From an uncultured Chloroflexia bacterium (GTDB taxonomy: Bacteria; Chloroflexota; Limnocylindria; Limnocylindrales; CSP1-4), in assembly GCA_963806265.1 (NCBI GenBank), contig CAWDXT010000015.1, forward strand, positions 193,975-257,974: a stretch of DNA of 64,000 nt, in the 5' to 3' direction. The notes under the pieces are model-generated. The model was not told where the DNA came from. It worked only from the letters and a program-made list of their open reading frames with translations, and ran no database searches. Made by a program: the position numbers and the translations under genes. Of this stretch, positions 29,103 to 38,172 are shown in pieces. Within the stretch, counting starts at the first letter, position 1. Each line of letters begins with the position of its first letter.

Positions 29103-30143
29103 ATGTTCCGCCAGACGGCCCTTCGGTCGCACCTCGCCGTTCCCACTGTCGTCGTCACGCTCGCGATCGCGGCCGCCGCCTGCACCTCCGGCAGCAGCGC
29201 CACGCCCGCAGGCCGGCACCCAACGCCTCGCCCGGCGCCACACCCGTCCGGCGCTCGGGGGCAGCCGTCCGCCGGCCCCGTCGGTGCTGCCCGCTGATCG
29301 TCAGCTCGCAGCAGGTCGTGGGTCAGAACCGGTTCTGTTCTCGTTCCTCGATCCCGCGAACAACCGCCGGTGGCGACCCCGGACCGGACGGCGTCGGTCG
29401 CCTTCTCGCACCTGGCGATACGGAGCCCGGACCGGCGACCCAGGCGACGTTCATCTGGGGCATCGAGGGCTCCCGGGGCGACTACGTCGCGAACGTCGAG
29501 TTCCCGGCGGCCGGCGACTGGAGGGCAATGTTCACGACCGCAGGCACCGGCGAGCCGCCGGAGACGATCCGCGTCGGGTTCCAGGTCCAGGAGCACGGGC
29601 TCACGGTCGGCGTCGGGCAAGGCACCGGCCGTCGAAGACGCCGACCGCCGCGGACGTCGGTGGCGACCTGGCGCAGATCGCCACCGACCCGAGCCCCGAT
29701 CCGGCCTTCTACCAGCTGTCCATCGCCAGGCGCGTCCCCAGCACAAGCCGTTCGTGGTGGTCTTCGCCACGCCCGCGTTCTGCACGAGCGCCCGTGCGGG
29801 CCCACCCTCGACCGGGTCAAGCGGTCGCGGCCACGTCCCCGCGAACATGGCGTTCATCAACGTCGAGCCCTACAAGCTCCAGTTCACGGAGGGCCGGCTC
29901 CAGCCCGTCCTGGACGCCAACAACCAGCTCCAGCCGGTGGACGCCGTCAACCAGTGGAAGCCTGCTGTCCGAGCCGTGGATCTTCACGGTGGACTGGAAC
30001 GGGATCGTCCGCGGCTCGTTCGAGGGCGCGTCGGGACCGACGAGCTGCAGGCGGCGATCGCGGCGATCGCCGGGCGCGAGCGGCTGCACCGCGGACCCGA
30101 CCCCGCGGCGGTCCGGCCTGCCCGCGCGTCCTCGAGCCGGTAG
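29103..30143 (+). pseudogene. Thioredoxin-fold (SCO/TlpA-like) lipoprotein; at least 5 frame changes; 3' end uncertain
   Basis: Lipobox MFRQTALRSHLAVPTVVVTLAIAAAACTSG. Conserved-looking pieces are scattered over three frames: ATFIWGIEGSRGDYVANVEFPAAGDWRAMFTT; TPTAADVGGDLAQIATDPSPDPAFYQLSIA; KPFVVVFATPAFCTSA; NMAFINVEPYKLQFTEGRLQPVLDANNQLQPVDAVNQW; LLSEPWIFTVDWNGIVRGSFEG; TDELQAAIAAIAG. Confidence 0.5.
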
Positions 30144-30538
30144 ACCACGAGGTCGCGCCGCTCTGCCCGGAAGAAGACCGCACCGGCGCCGACGTCGCCA
30201 TGTGCTCCGCGAGGTGGCCGGGCGGGAACTGGTCACCATTCTCGAGCGTGCCGATGCGGAACGTGATCACGGCCGGTCGACGAGCCGCAGCGTGAAGGCG
30301 GTGACCTGTGACAGGCCCGGTGGCGTCGATGTGGACCAGCACCCCGTCGACCGGCGAGGTCGGCACGGCATCGGTCGCCGGGCTGTCACCGGGCGTCGCG
30401 CTCGCCGGGGCGGCGATCGACGCCGTCTCGAGCGGGCCCTGCGTCGGCTCGGGCCCGGTCGCGCAGCCCGACCACCAGGACCAGCACCGCGGCACCAGGC
30501 GACGGCGGACGGCGACAAGGCGAGCGAGTCCGGCTCAC
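30100..30538 (-). pseudogene. Small hypothetical lipoprotein; frame-disrupted; 3' end unclear
   Basis: GTG 30538 overlaps the pyrE stop (GTGA). VSRTRSPCRRPPSPGAAVLVLVV then shifts to WSGCATGPEPTQ (lipobox). Further pieces are VDGVLVHIDATGPVT / VTAFTLRLVDRP / VITFRIGTLENGDQFPPGHLAEHM / VFFRAERRDLVVYRLEDA. The evidence is weak. Confidence 0.3.
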
Positions 30539-31223
30539 GCAGGTCCGATGCCCGTGCCACTGCTGCCGGGCTTGACGGCCGGCTCGCCCGCCGCGCAGCG
30601 CGGGCAGGTCGCCGGGCCCGGCCTCATAGGAGTCCAGCTCGAGCTGCCACAGCGCCCGGAGCGGATAGACGGCGGCCCGTCGCGGGCGAGGTGAGCGTGC
30701 GCCAGGCCGCCCGGAGCGGTCGACCAGCACCGCGCACTCGACGATCTCGCCGCCGGCCGCCTCCACCGCCGGGATCATCGCCAGCAGCGAGCCGCCGGTG
30801 GTCAGGATGTCGTCGACGAGCAGCACCCGCTCGCCGGGGCCGATCACGAACCCGCGCCGGAACTCGCGCCGGGGCCGGTCCGTCGGCGCTGGCCACCTCC
30901 TCGGCGAAGATGGCACGGGTGCCCAGCTGGCGGCCCGTCTCGAAGGCGAGGATCACGCCACCCGTCGTCGGGCCGGCAACGAGGTCCACGCGCGGGCACC
31001 GCCGTGGTCGCGCCATTCGGCCGCCCAGAAGCCGCACAGCTCGCTCGTCGCGGCCGGATCCTGGAGCACCTGGAACTTCTCCAGGTAGGCATCGGAATGG
31101 CGACCGCTCTTGAGCACGAAATGACCGTCTGCGCAGGGCGCCGCTCGCGCGGAACAGCGCCTCGGTGCGCTCTCCGATCGCGCGACGCGCGGCGATCTCG
31201 CGGGTCCGCTTGAGGGTGGTCAT
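30535..31223 (-). pseudogene. pyrE: Orotate phosphoribosyltransferase; at least 3 frame changes
   Basis: The pieces are MTTLKRTREIAARRAIGERTEALFRA; GHFVLKSGRHSDAYLEKFQVLQDPAATSELCGFWAAEW; VDLVAGPTTGGVILAFETGRQLGTRAIFAEEV; RREFRRGFVIGPGERVLLVDDILTTGGSLLAMIPAVEAAGGEIVECAVLVDRSG; CPRCAAGEPAVKPGSSGTGIGPA-stop. Confidence 0.8.
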
Positions 31224-31317
31224 CGGCGCCGAATTCTAGGGCCAAGCCACGATCACCGGGATCTGCGGCTCCGCGGGCCTGGGCAGGCGCAGCCGTGGTG
31301 CCATCCTGCGGCAGGCC

Positions 31318-31358
31318 CAGCCGGACTCCCCAGCCCGGACTCCACAGCCCGGACTCCA
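31318..31358. repeat. 13-14-nt tandem repeat x3
   Basis: cagccggactccc / cagcccggactcca / cagcccggactcca, lying between the hypothetical gene and pyrE. Confidence 0.85.
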
Positions 31359-31364
31359 CCTCGG

Positions 31365-32340
31365 CTACGGAACCGCGACCTGGTAGCGCCGCACGCCCTC
31401 GAGTCGCGCGACCACATCCCAGCCCAGCGTCGCGATGGGGCATGGTGACTGGCCCGCGCCACACGCCGGGTGGAACGCGTGGCGCACGAGGAACGTGCCC
31501 ACCAGCCGGGTCGTTCCATCGCCCAGCCCGACGGCATCGCCCTCCAGCGCCACCGTCGCGCCACGGTCCGAGGTCACGGTCCCGTTGCGGAGCGGCTGGT
31601 CGTCGGCCAGGAACGGCGGCGACACGGGACAGGGCGTCGCGCCGGGCGCCGGCGTGCACAGGCCGTGAGGATCGGTCAACAGCCGAGCCGCCGACCAGCG
31701 CCAGCGTCATCGGGAAGGGCCGGGTCGGTCGCCCGGCAAGCAGCCCGCGCATCGACGACACCGGATCGCCGGGTCGGATCACGCCGAGGTACACGAGCCT
31801 GCCCGCCTGTGGCCGCATCACCAGCACCGAGCCTGGCGGTGGCGCCTCCCAGTACACGAGCGCGGGGGCCAGGTCGATGGGGATGTCGAGGCCGGGCACG
31901 ACCGCCACCAGGCAATCGATGGCGAAGCTCTGACCGCACAGCTGCTGCTGGGCGACCAGGCGGGCGCTCAGGAATACCAACGATCCGTCCAGGCCGCCAT
32001 TCACCACCCCTGCCTCGAGCTCGGCCGGATCCAGGGTCACCGGGTCCGGCAGGGCCGGCCAGTCGAAGGCGACGGCCGGCGAGGAGTCGGGCGACGGTCG
32101 CGTTGTCGATGGCCCCGGTGACGGTGAGCTGCGCGATTGCGGTGAGCCCTCGGAGCGCAACGCCTGGTCGGGCGATGGGGTCGGCGGCGATCCCAGCGTG
32201 GCCAACCCCAGGCCGACCACGATGATGCCCACCACGATGGCTCCGGCCACCAGCGCCCGGGCCCGTCCGCCCCGGGGTCCCGGCAGCCGGGTGGGCTCGA
32301 CCCGAAGCTCTCGATCAGGCGGCAGTCGCTGGTCAGCCAT
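31365..32340 (-). pseudogene. Hypothetical N-terminally membrane-anchored protein; frame change near 31680
   Basis: MADQRLPPDRELRVEP...ALVAGAIVVGIIVVGLGLATLG (anchor), a Ser/Pro linker, then FDWPALPDPVTLDPAELEAGVVNGGLDGSLVFLSARLV...ALVYWEAPPPGSVLVMRPQAGRLVYLGVIRPGDP. It continues in another frame as LTDPHGLCTPAPGATPCPVSPPFLADDQPLRNGTVTSDRGATVALEGDAVGLGDGTTRLVGTFLVRHAFHPACG. I recognised no family. Confidence 0.5.
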
Positions 32341-32349
32341 CGCTCGGAC

Positions 32350-32619
32350 TCAGCGCACGAGCAGCGCGATCACGATCACCGCCCATAGCGCGCTCGCGAC
32401 CGTCTGCACGACCCAGAAGGAGCGGTGCAGCGTCTTGTGGCGCAGGCCGAGGAACACGATCCACGCGCCGACCACGCCACCGGCCAGGCACAGCAGCCAC
32501 AGCGTCCGCTCGCGGACGCGCCGGGCGCCACGAGGCGCCGCCGCCTTGTCGTACGCGTAGGCCGCTGCCGTGACGACGTTGACCAGCACCAGCCAGGCGA
32601 CCAGCACCGATTCGATCAC
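32350..32619 (-). CDS. DUF1294 small membrane protein
   Basis: VIESVLVAWLVLVNVVTAAAYAYDKAAAPRGARRVRERTLWLLCLAGGVVGAWIVFLGLRHKTLHRSFW (YDK...RxxExxL...GG..GA...RHKT pattern). GTG 32619 overlaps the pyrD stop (GTGA). Confidence 0.75.
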   Translation of the reverse strand: MIESVLVAWLVLVNVVTAAAYAYDKAAAPRGARRVRERTLWLLCLAGGVVGAWIVFLGLRHKTLHRSFWVVQTVASALWAVIVIALLVR

Positions 32620-33626
32620 GGCGCGTACTCGGCTCCATGCGTCGCGGACATCGGGACGCGCGTCGGCCGGGCCGTGCCCACGAGATCGGCTGCCGAATCG
32701 AGACCGCGTGCCCGGCAGGCCGCCGCCAGCGCGCCGGCCAGTCGAACCGGCAGCATCGGCTCCGCCAGCGCCGCGACACCGACGCCGACGGCAACGGCAC
32801 CGACCGCCAGCAGGTCGAGGACGTCGTCGATCGTGGCGACACCGCCGATCCCGATCACGGGGACGTCGACCGCCCCCACAACCTCGTATGCGATCCGCAG
32901 GGCGATCGGACGCAGGGCGGGCCCGCACAGACCGCCGTACGTGGCGCCCAGGGCCGGCCGGTCCCGATCGGCGGCAAGCGCGAGCGCCGGCATCGTGTTG
33001 ACGGCCGCGATCGCGTCCGCTCCCGCGTCCTCGACCGCCCGCGCGATCGAGCGCACGTCGGATGCGGCCGGCGTGAGCTTGGCGATCAGTGGCAGCTCGG
33101 TGGCTCGTCGCACTGCCGCGACCAGGGAGCCCGCGCTCGCCGCATCGAGCCCGAACGCCGCGCCGGCGCGTGCGCCGTTGGGACACGAGAGATTGAGCTC
33201 GAGCCCCGCCACCCCGGGCGCGCCATCGACCCGGTGCGCCAGCTCGGTCAGGTCCCGGATCGAGGTGCCACCCACGTTGAGGATCACCGGCACCGGCCAC
33301 CCGGCCCACGTCGGCGCATACCGGTCGAGGACCACGTCGATCCCGGGGCTCTGGAGGCCCGTCCCGCTGAGCAGACCGGCCGGCACCTCGACCAGGCGGG
33401 GCGCCCCGTGACCGTTGGCGGGCTTGAGCGTCGTCCCACGGGTGACGATGCCGCCCAGCCGGGTGAGATCCACCTGGTCAGCGACCTCGACCCCGTACCC
33501 GAACGATCCGGCGGCGGCGAGCAGCGGGTTGCGCAGCACGAGCCCTCGCCCCAGATCGACCTCGAGCGCCACCGGCGCACGGTCCGGCGCCGAGGACCGG
33601 CCGGACGGCGACGAGCCCGCCGCCAT
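32616..33626 (-). CDS. pyrD: Dihydroorotate dehydrogenase, class 1B catalytic subunit
   Basis: LRNPLLAAAGSFGYG...GGIVTRGTTLKPANGHGAPRLVEVPAGLLSGTGLQSPG...LELNLSCPN...IAKLTP...AVNTM...GGLCGPALRPIALR...PVIGIGGV. The start is ATG 33626, with GTG 33713 as an alternative. Confidence 0.9.
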   Translation of the reverse strand: MAAGSSPSGRSSAPDRAPVALEVDLGRGLVLRNPLLAAAGSFGYGVEVADQVDLTRLGGIVTRGTTLKPANGHGAPRLVEVPAGLLSGTGLQSPGIDVVLDRYAPTWAGWPVPVILNVGGTSIRDLTELAHRVDGAPGVAGLELNLSCPNGARAGAAFGLDAASAGSLVAAVRRATELPLIAKLTPAASDVRSIARAVEDAGADAIAAVNTMPALALAADRDRPALGATYGGLCGPALRPIALRIAYEVVGAVDVPVIGIGGVATIDDVLDLLAVGAVAVGVGVAALAEPMLPVRLAGALAAACRARGLDSAADLVGTARPTRVPMSATHGAEYAP

Positions 33627-33778
33627 GCCCCGGCGGCCAGCCGGCGATGCGGACGAGGCGCCGGCCGGTCGAGGGCCTGACTCACGCGGCACGGGCACGA
33701 TCGCCGGCTTCACCCGGCGCACCGTCGGCGTGCGTCGGCCTCGGACGCCGGTCCCGGGCACGACCCGTCGCCTGGGCT

Positions 33779-34747
33779 TCACGCCGGACCCCCGACGGCG
33801 GCATCGCTCGTACCGAGCGCCAGCTCGGCCGCTGCGAACGAGGGGCCTTCGCGACACACCCGCAGCGGGACGCCGGCCGAGCCCATGACGGCACACCCCA
33901 GGCAGGTGCCGGCCGCGCAACCGATCGACTGGGGCAGGACGACCTGGAGCCACGCGCGGCGGCGCGCCTCGGGTGAGCCCGGCACCGGTGGCCGTCCCCC
34001 ACCCCGCTTCCGGCCCAGGCTCGCGACGCCCAGGCGGGACCGTCGACCCGAGGCCAGCCTGGCGACGGCGGCCAGCAGCGAGGGGGGCCCGGCCGCGAAT
34101 GCCTGATCCGCCCACGCCTCGTACTCGGTGACCAGGTCCACCACCGACCCCCGGTGGCCCAGGCTGCCGTCGGCGGTTGCGACCACGTACTCGACCTCGT
34201 CGGGCAGCAGGGTCGAGGGGTGCACGCGAGCCGCCGAGGGTGCGCCCATCAGCACCACGACCGATCGAGCGTCGCGGACGGCCTCGGCGGCCAGGAGACG
34301 CAGCAGGGCCATGCCGTCGCCATCGGCGATCAGCAGCAGGTGCCGGGAGCGGGGATCGAGCTCGAACGGGCGCCCGAACGGCCCCAGCAGGTCACCCGGG
34401 TCGCCGACGCGCAACGCGCCGGGGACGCCGGCAGCGCCGGAAAGCGCACCGTGAACGGCGACGCTGCCACTGGCCGCGTCGGCGGCCACGAGCGGCAGGA
34501 CCCGTCGTACCGGCAACCCACCGGTCTCGACGGTGCGGAGATGCACGTACTGGCCGGCTCGGGCGCCACTCGCGATCGACGGCGCGTGCCACGTGGACTG
34601 CCACTGGCCCGGCAGGATCTCGCGAAGGTCGAGCAGCTCCGACCCGCCGATCAGGATCGCCGGTCCGCGCGGGCCTGATGCGGGCTCGTCCGCCGTCGGC
34701 GCGCCCGTGCTACGCCGGGCGCCCGTCGTCCGAGTCGTCACCGGCAT
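33779..34747 (-). CDS. pyrK: Dihydroorotate dehydrogenase electron-transfer subunit (FAD/[2Fe-2S])
   Basis: GQYVHLR...LPLVAAD...LLLIADGDGMALL...C-terminal IGCAAGTCLGCAV...LRVCREGP (cluster Cys). It lies upstream of pyrD. Confidence 0.85.
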   Translation of the reverse strand: MPVTTRTTGARRSTGAPTADEPASGPRGPAILIGGSELLDLREILPGQWQSTWHAPSIASGARAGQYVHLRTVETGGLPVRRVLPLVAADAASGSVAVHGALSGAAGVPGALRVGDPGDLLGPFGRPFELDPRSRHLLLIADGDGMALLRLLAAEAVRDARSVVVLMGAPSAARVHPSTLLPDEVEYVVATADGSLGHRGSVVDLVTEYEAWADQAFAAGPPSLLAAVARLASGRRSRLGVASLGRKRGGGRPPVPGSPEARRRAWLQVVLPQSIGCAAGTCLGCAVMGSAGVPLRVCREGPSFAAAELALGTSDAAVGGPA

Positions 34748-35648
34748 CGCCGTCGTCGGGGGAGTCGCCCTCCTCCTGGGAAACGTCCTCGTCGTCCGCC
34801 TCGCCGGTCAGCTCGCTCCCCGGGATCGCGCCTGGGAATGCCTCCGCGAGCGCGTCGGCCAGGTCGCCGAAGATGTCCGTGGGATCGTAGAACTCGACCA
34901 GGTCATCGGTGGCGGTGAGCTCGCGCCACTCGCCGTTCGAGTCCTCGGGCAGCACCTCGGCCCGCAGGTGTCCCGTGGATCCGAGGACGAGCCGCTCGTC
35001 GTCGTCGTCCACGATGATCATGTCGCCCAGCAGCTCGGCCAGCCGCGACACCGACTCCTCGAACTGGTCGAGCAACCGGGCCTCGTTGTGCTGGCTCCGC
35101 TCCTGGTAATCGAGCGCGAGGTTGTAGAGCGCGATCGCGGCGGATTCCTCGTCCTGCGCCTCGGCCACCACCGGCTGCGCGGCGGCCCACGAATCGGCCG
35201 CCGCCGCGTACCCGCTGTCGGCGTCGTCGAGGGCGAACGTGTCCTCGGGCGCGATGCCGGCGGTCATCATCAGCTCGTCCGTTGCCGTCGGCTCCGCATC
35301 CAGGCCTGCCGCCTCGCGCGTCGCCTCGATGAACGCCTGGTAGACCTCGGCCGGGTTGTAGAGATCGACCAGCTCCGAAGGCGAGTCCACGACCTCGGTG
35401 TCGGACACCCACTGGCCCGTGTCGGGATCCTCGTACCGGCTCCGCACGCGGAACGTGCCGTCAGGCGCGATCGAGAGGTAGTCGGGATCCTCGTCGATCA
35501 GGGTCAGGCCGCCCAGGGCGGCGATCCGGCCCCGGTTGCGATCGAGGAACTTGTGCAGCTGCTCGGTGGCCTGGACCACGAAGTCGTTGCGTTCGAGGGT
35601 GGCGTCGTTGGCCAGCTCGCCCAGCATGTCGTTGCGGCTCACGTCCAC
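34710..35648 (-). CDS. Hypothetical highly acidic protein
   Basis: GTG 35648 is preceded by AGGAGG. 312 aa with strong Asp/Glu bias and clean codon structure (DEDPDYLSIAPDGTFRVRSRYEDPDTGQWVSDTEVVDSPSELVDLYNPAEVYQAF; a second similar half reads VLPEDSNGEWRELTATDDLVEFYDPTDIFGDLADAL). I recognised no family. Confidence 0.55.
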   Translation of the reverse strand: MDVSRNDMLGELANDATLERNDFVVQATEQLHKFLDRNRGRIAALGGLTLIDEDPDYLSIAPDGTFRVRSRYEDPDTGQWVSDTEVVDSPSELVDLYNPAEVYQAFIEATREAAGLDAEPTATDELMMTAGIAPEDTFALDDADSGYAAAADSWAAAQPVVAEAQDEESAAIALYNLALDYQERSQHNEARLLDQFEESVSRLAELLGDMIIVDDDDERLVLGSTGHLRAEVLPEDSNGEWRELTATDDLVEFYDPTDIFGDLADALAEAFPGAIPGSELTGEADDEDVSQEEGDSPDDGDAGDDSDDGRPA

Positions 35649-35661
35649 GCGATCGCCTCCT

Positions 35662-35988
35662 TCACCCGTGGTACTCGAGGTCCGCTCCGAGGCGCTCCCG
35701 GAGGAACATCGAGTGATGTCGCTCGAAGATCCACTCACCCGCTCGGTGGCCCAGGGCCCGCGTCGCCTCGTCCGCCTCCAGGCGGTCGAGGGTGGCGTAG
35801 TCCGGGAGATCCAGCAGGATCACGTTGTCGAAGTCCCAGCCGTGCGCCACGTTGTACCAGCCCACGAAGCGGATGCCGAACTTCTCCTCGTACTCCTTCA
35901 CCTGGCGCGGGAAGATCGTCTTCATGAAGAACTTGAAGAACGGATCCCGGCCACGACGGACGGAGAAGAAGGTCGCGAGCACTGGCAC
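35662..35988 (-). CDS. Hypothetical small protein (about 108 aa)
   Basis: VPVLATFFSVRRGRDPFFKFFMKTIFPRQVKEYEEKFGIRFVGWYNVAHGWDFDNVILLDLPDYATLDRLEADE.... GTG 35988 has AGGAGG about 11 nt upstream. The family was not identified. Confidence 0.45.
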   Translation of the reverse strand: MPVLATFFSVRRGRDPFFKFFMKTIFPRQVKEYEEKFGIRFVGWYNVAHGWDFDNVILLDLPDYATLDRLEADEATRALGHRAGEWIFERHHSMFLRERLGADLEYHG

Positions 35989-36029
35989 CTGGCCGACTGC
36001 CTCCTGATGCGCCTGGATGATGGGCGCCG

Positions 36030-36434
36030 CTATTCTCGCATGCCCTGATCGCCGGGCCGGGCGTCTCCCGCGCCGCCCGTCTCGCCCTCGACGGCCGTCG
36101 GCTGGCCCGCCCGATCCTCGAGCTCGCCGACCGTCCGGGTGGCGCTGTCGAGCGGTCGACGGCGTCCCTCCCGGCGGTCCGCCGCGACGAGGCGCAGCAG
36201 GAAGATCACGGTCTGACCGGCGAACAGCAGCAGCACGATCGTGAGCAGCAGCAGGACCACGCTCACCGGTGTCGGCCATACCCAGACCACCGACAACGGT
36301 GTCAGCACGATCAGCACCGCCAGCAGCACGAGCTGGAAGCGGAAGCACCCGAGGCCCGGGCCCCGGGCCGCATCGAGCGGCTCGCCCTTGTACTCGACAG
36401 GGCGAACCGAGGGCGGTCGATCGGGGGAGGTCAC
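36030..36434 (-). CDS. Hypothetical small membrane protein
   Basis: Two or three hydrophobic helices (FRFQLVLLAVLIVLTPLSVVWVW; VSVVLLLLTIVLLLFAGQTVIFLLRLV). Confidence 0.5.
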   Translation of the reverse strand: MTSPDRPPSVRPVEYKGEPLDAARGPGLGCFRFQLVLLAVLIVLTPLSVVWVWPTPVSVVLLLLTIVLLLFAGQTVIFLLRLVAADRREGRRRPLDSATRTVGELEDRAGQPTAVEGETGGAGDARPGDQGMRE

Positions 36435-36507
36435 GCGCCCACTGTACCGTCAGCCGTCGGGATGAGACGCCGCATGGCGCCCCCGGCCCGCCCTACCATG
36501 GCGGACG

Positions 36508-38089
36508 ATGGACGATCCGCTCGCGCCGTTCCGCTGGCATCCGGAGCCCGAGCTCATCGGGGTCCGCGACCCCGCCACGTCGAGACCCGCGCTCGAGCGA
36601 GCCGGAGCGGCGACGTGGCAGGCATCGATCGACTGGCTCTACGACCACGCGATGCGGACCGCCATCGGCCAGCCGACCGGGTATCTCGACCTCCGCGAGC
36701 GCTACTTCGGGGAGCGCGGCGGTCCGGCGCCCGCCCCGACAGGCCCGCTGCCGCTCGAGGCCGTGCTCGAGGAGTTCAGCAAGCGGATTGCGCCCTACAC
36801 GCTCAACAGCTTCCATCCGCGCGCGCTCAGCTACTTCACGCCGCCACCGCTGATCGCCTCGATCGCCGGGGAGGTGCTCGCCCAGTGGCTCAACCAGGGC
36901 GTCGACGTGTGGCAGGCGGGCCCGGTCGGCGCGCTCGTCGAGGAGGAGGTCGGGCGGTGGCTGTGCGACCTCGCGGGCTACGACGCGCAGAGCTTCGGCC
37001 TGCTGACCTCGGGCGGGGTGATGGCCAACTTCATCGCGATGGCCCTGGTGCGAGACGTCCACCTCCGCCGGCTGGCCGGGCTCGACGCTCCGCCCCGTGG
37101 ATCCGCGCTCGAGGGGGTCCGGGTCTATGCCGGCGACCAGGCGCACTTCTCGATCGGTCGCGCGCTCGACGAGCTGGGCTTCCCGCGGCGCACCCTCGTC
37201 GCGTTGCCGACCGATGACCGGTTCCGCCTCCATGCCGAGCCCGTCCGACGGGCGATCGCCGCCGATCGTGCGCAGGGTCTGCGACCCGTGGCGATCGCGG
37301 CCGTGGCCGGCTCGACCAACACCGGTGCGATCGATCGCATCGAGGACCTCGCGAGCCTGGCCGGCGACGAAGGGCTGTGGCTGCACGTGGACGCGGCCTA
37401 CGGAGGGGCCGTCCGACTGTCCGGCCGCGACGCCGATCGGATGCCGGGCCTGCAGCTGGCCAACTCGGTCACGATCGATCCGCACAAGTGGTTCTTCCAG
37501 GCCTACGACCTGGGCGCGATCCTCGTCCGGGAGGGTGCGCACCTGCGAGACGACGTTCGACCGCTCCCCCGAGTACTACCGCGGTGGCGAGACGGCCTCC
37601 GTGGCTGACGCGCCGGGATCCGGCGGTGTGCCGGGGTCCGGCGGCGAGCCGCTCAACTACTACAAGCTCGGGTTCGAGGGAACCCGTCGATTCCGGGCTC
37701 TCAAGCTGTGGGCGAGCTGGAAGCATCTGGGCACGAGCGGGCTCGCGCGGCTCGTGGAGCGCAACCTCGACATCGCCGCGTACCTGGTCGCACGCTGCGC
37801 TGAGGCCGACGATCTCGAGGCCTATCCGACCGAGCCAGAGCTGTCGGTGGTGTGCTTCCGGCATCTGCCGGGGGGCACCGCCGCAGCGGCCGCGCTCCAA
37901 CCCGATGCGCTCGATGCGCACCAGGACCGGCTGGCGGCCGACCTGGAGGCATCGGGCGATGGCTGGCTGTCGACCACGACGTTGCGCGGACGAACCTACC
38001 TTCGCGCGGGCATCGTCAACTACCTCGCGACCGAGGCCGACATCGACCGCCTGCTCGCCACGCTGCGCCGGCTGGCCGCTCCCGGCTGA
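36508..38089 (+). pseudogene. Group II PLP-dependent amino-acid decarboxylase; one frame change near 37547-37553
   Basis: HPRALSYFTPPPL...LLTSGGVMANFIAMALVRD...LWLHVDAAYGGA...SVTIDPHKWFFQAYDLGAILV (PLP Lys), then in the next frame ETFDRSPEYYRGG...NYYKLGFEGTRRFRALKLWASWKHLG. Confidence 0.85.
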
Positions 38090-38172
38090 CCGGGCTCCGG
38101 CCCCTCCGGGCGGCCGCCCTCAACCAGCGCTCAGCCGCGATCGGGAGAGCCATGCCCGCCGACGCCGGCGGG

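Noticed and set aside
28183-31113. A 976-aa plus-strand ORF spanning ctaA, the lipoprotein and pyrE.
   Set aside because: It is antisense to ctaA and pyrE. Only short internal stretches, which are pieces of the frameshifted Trx-like lipoprotein, are protein-like. The remainder is low-complexity Arg/Pro/Gly.
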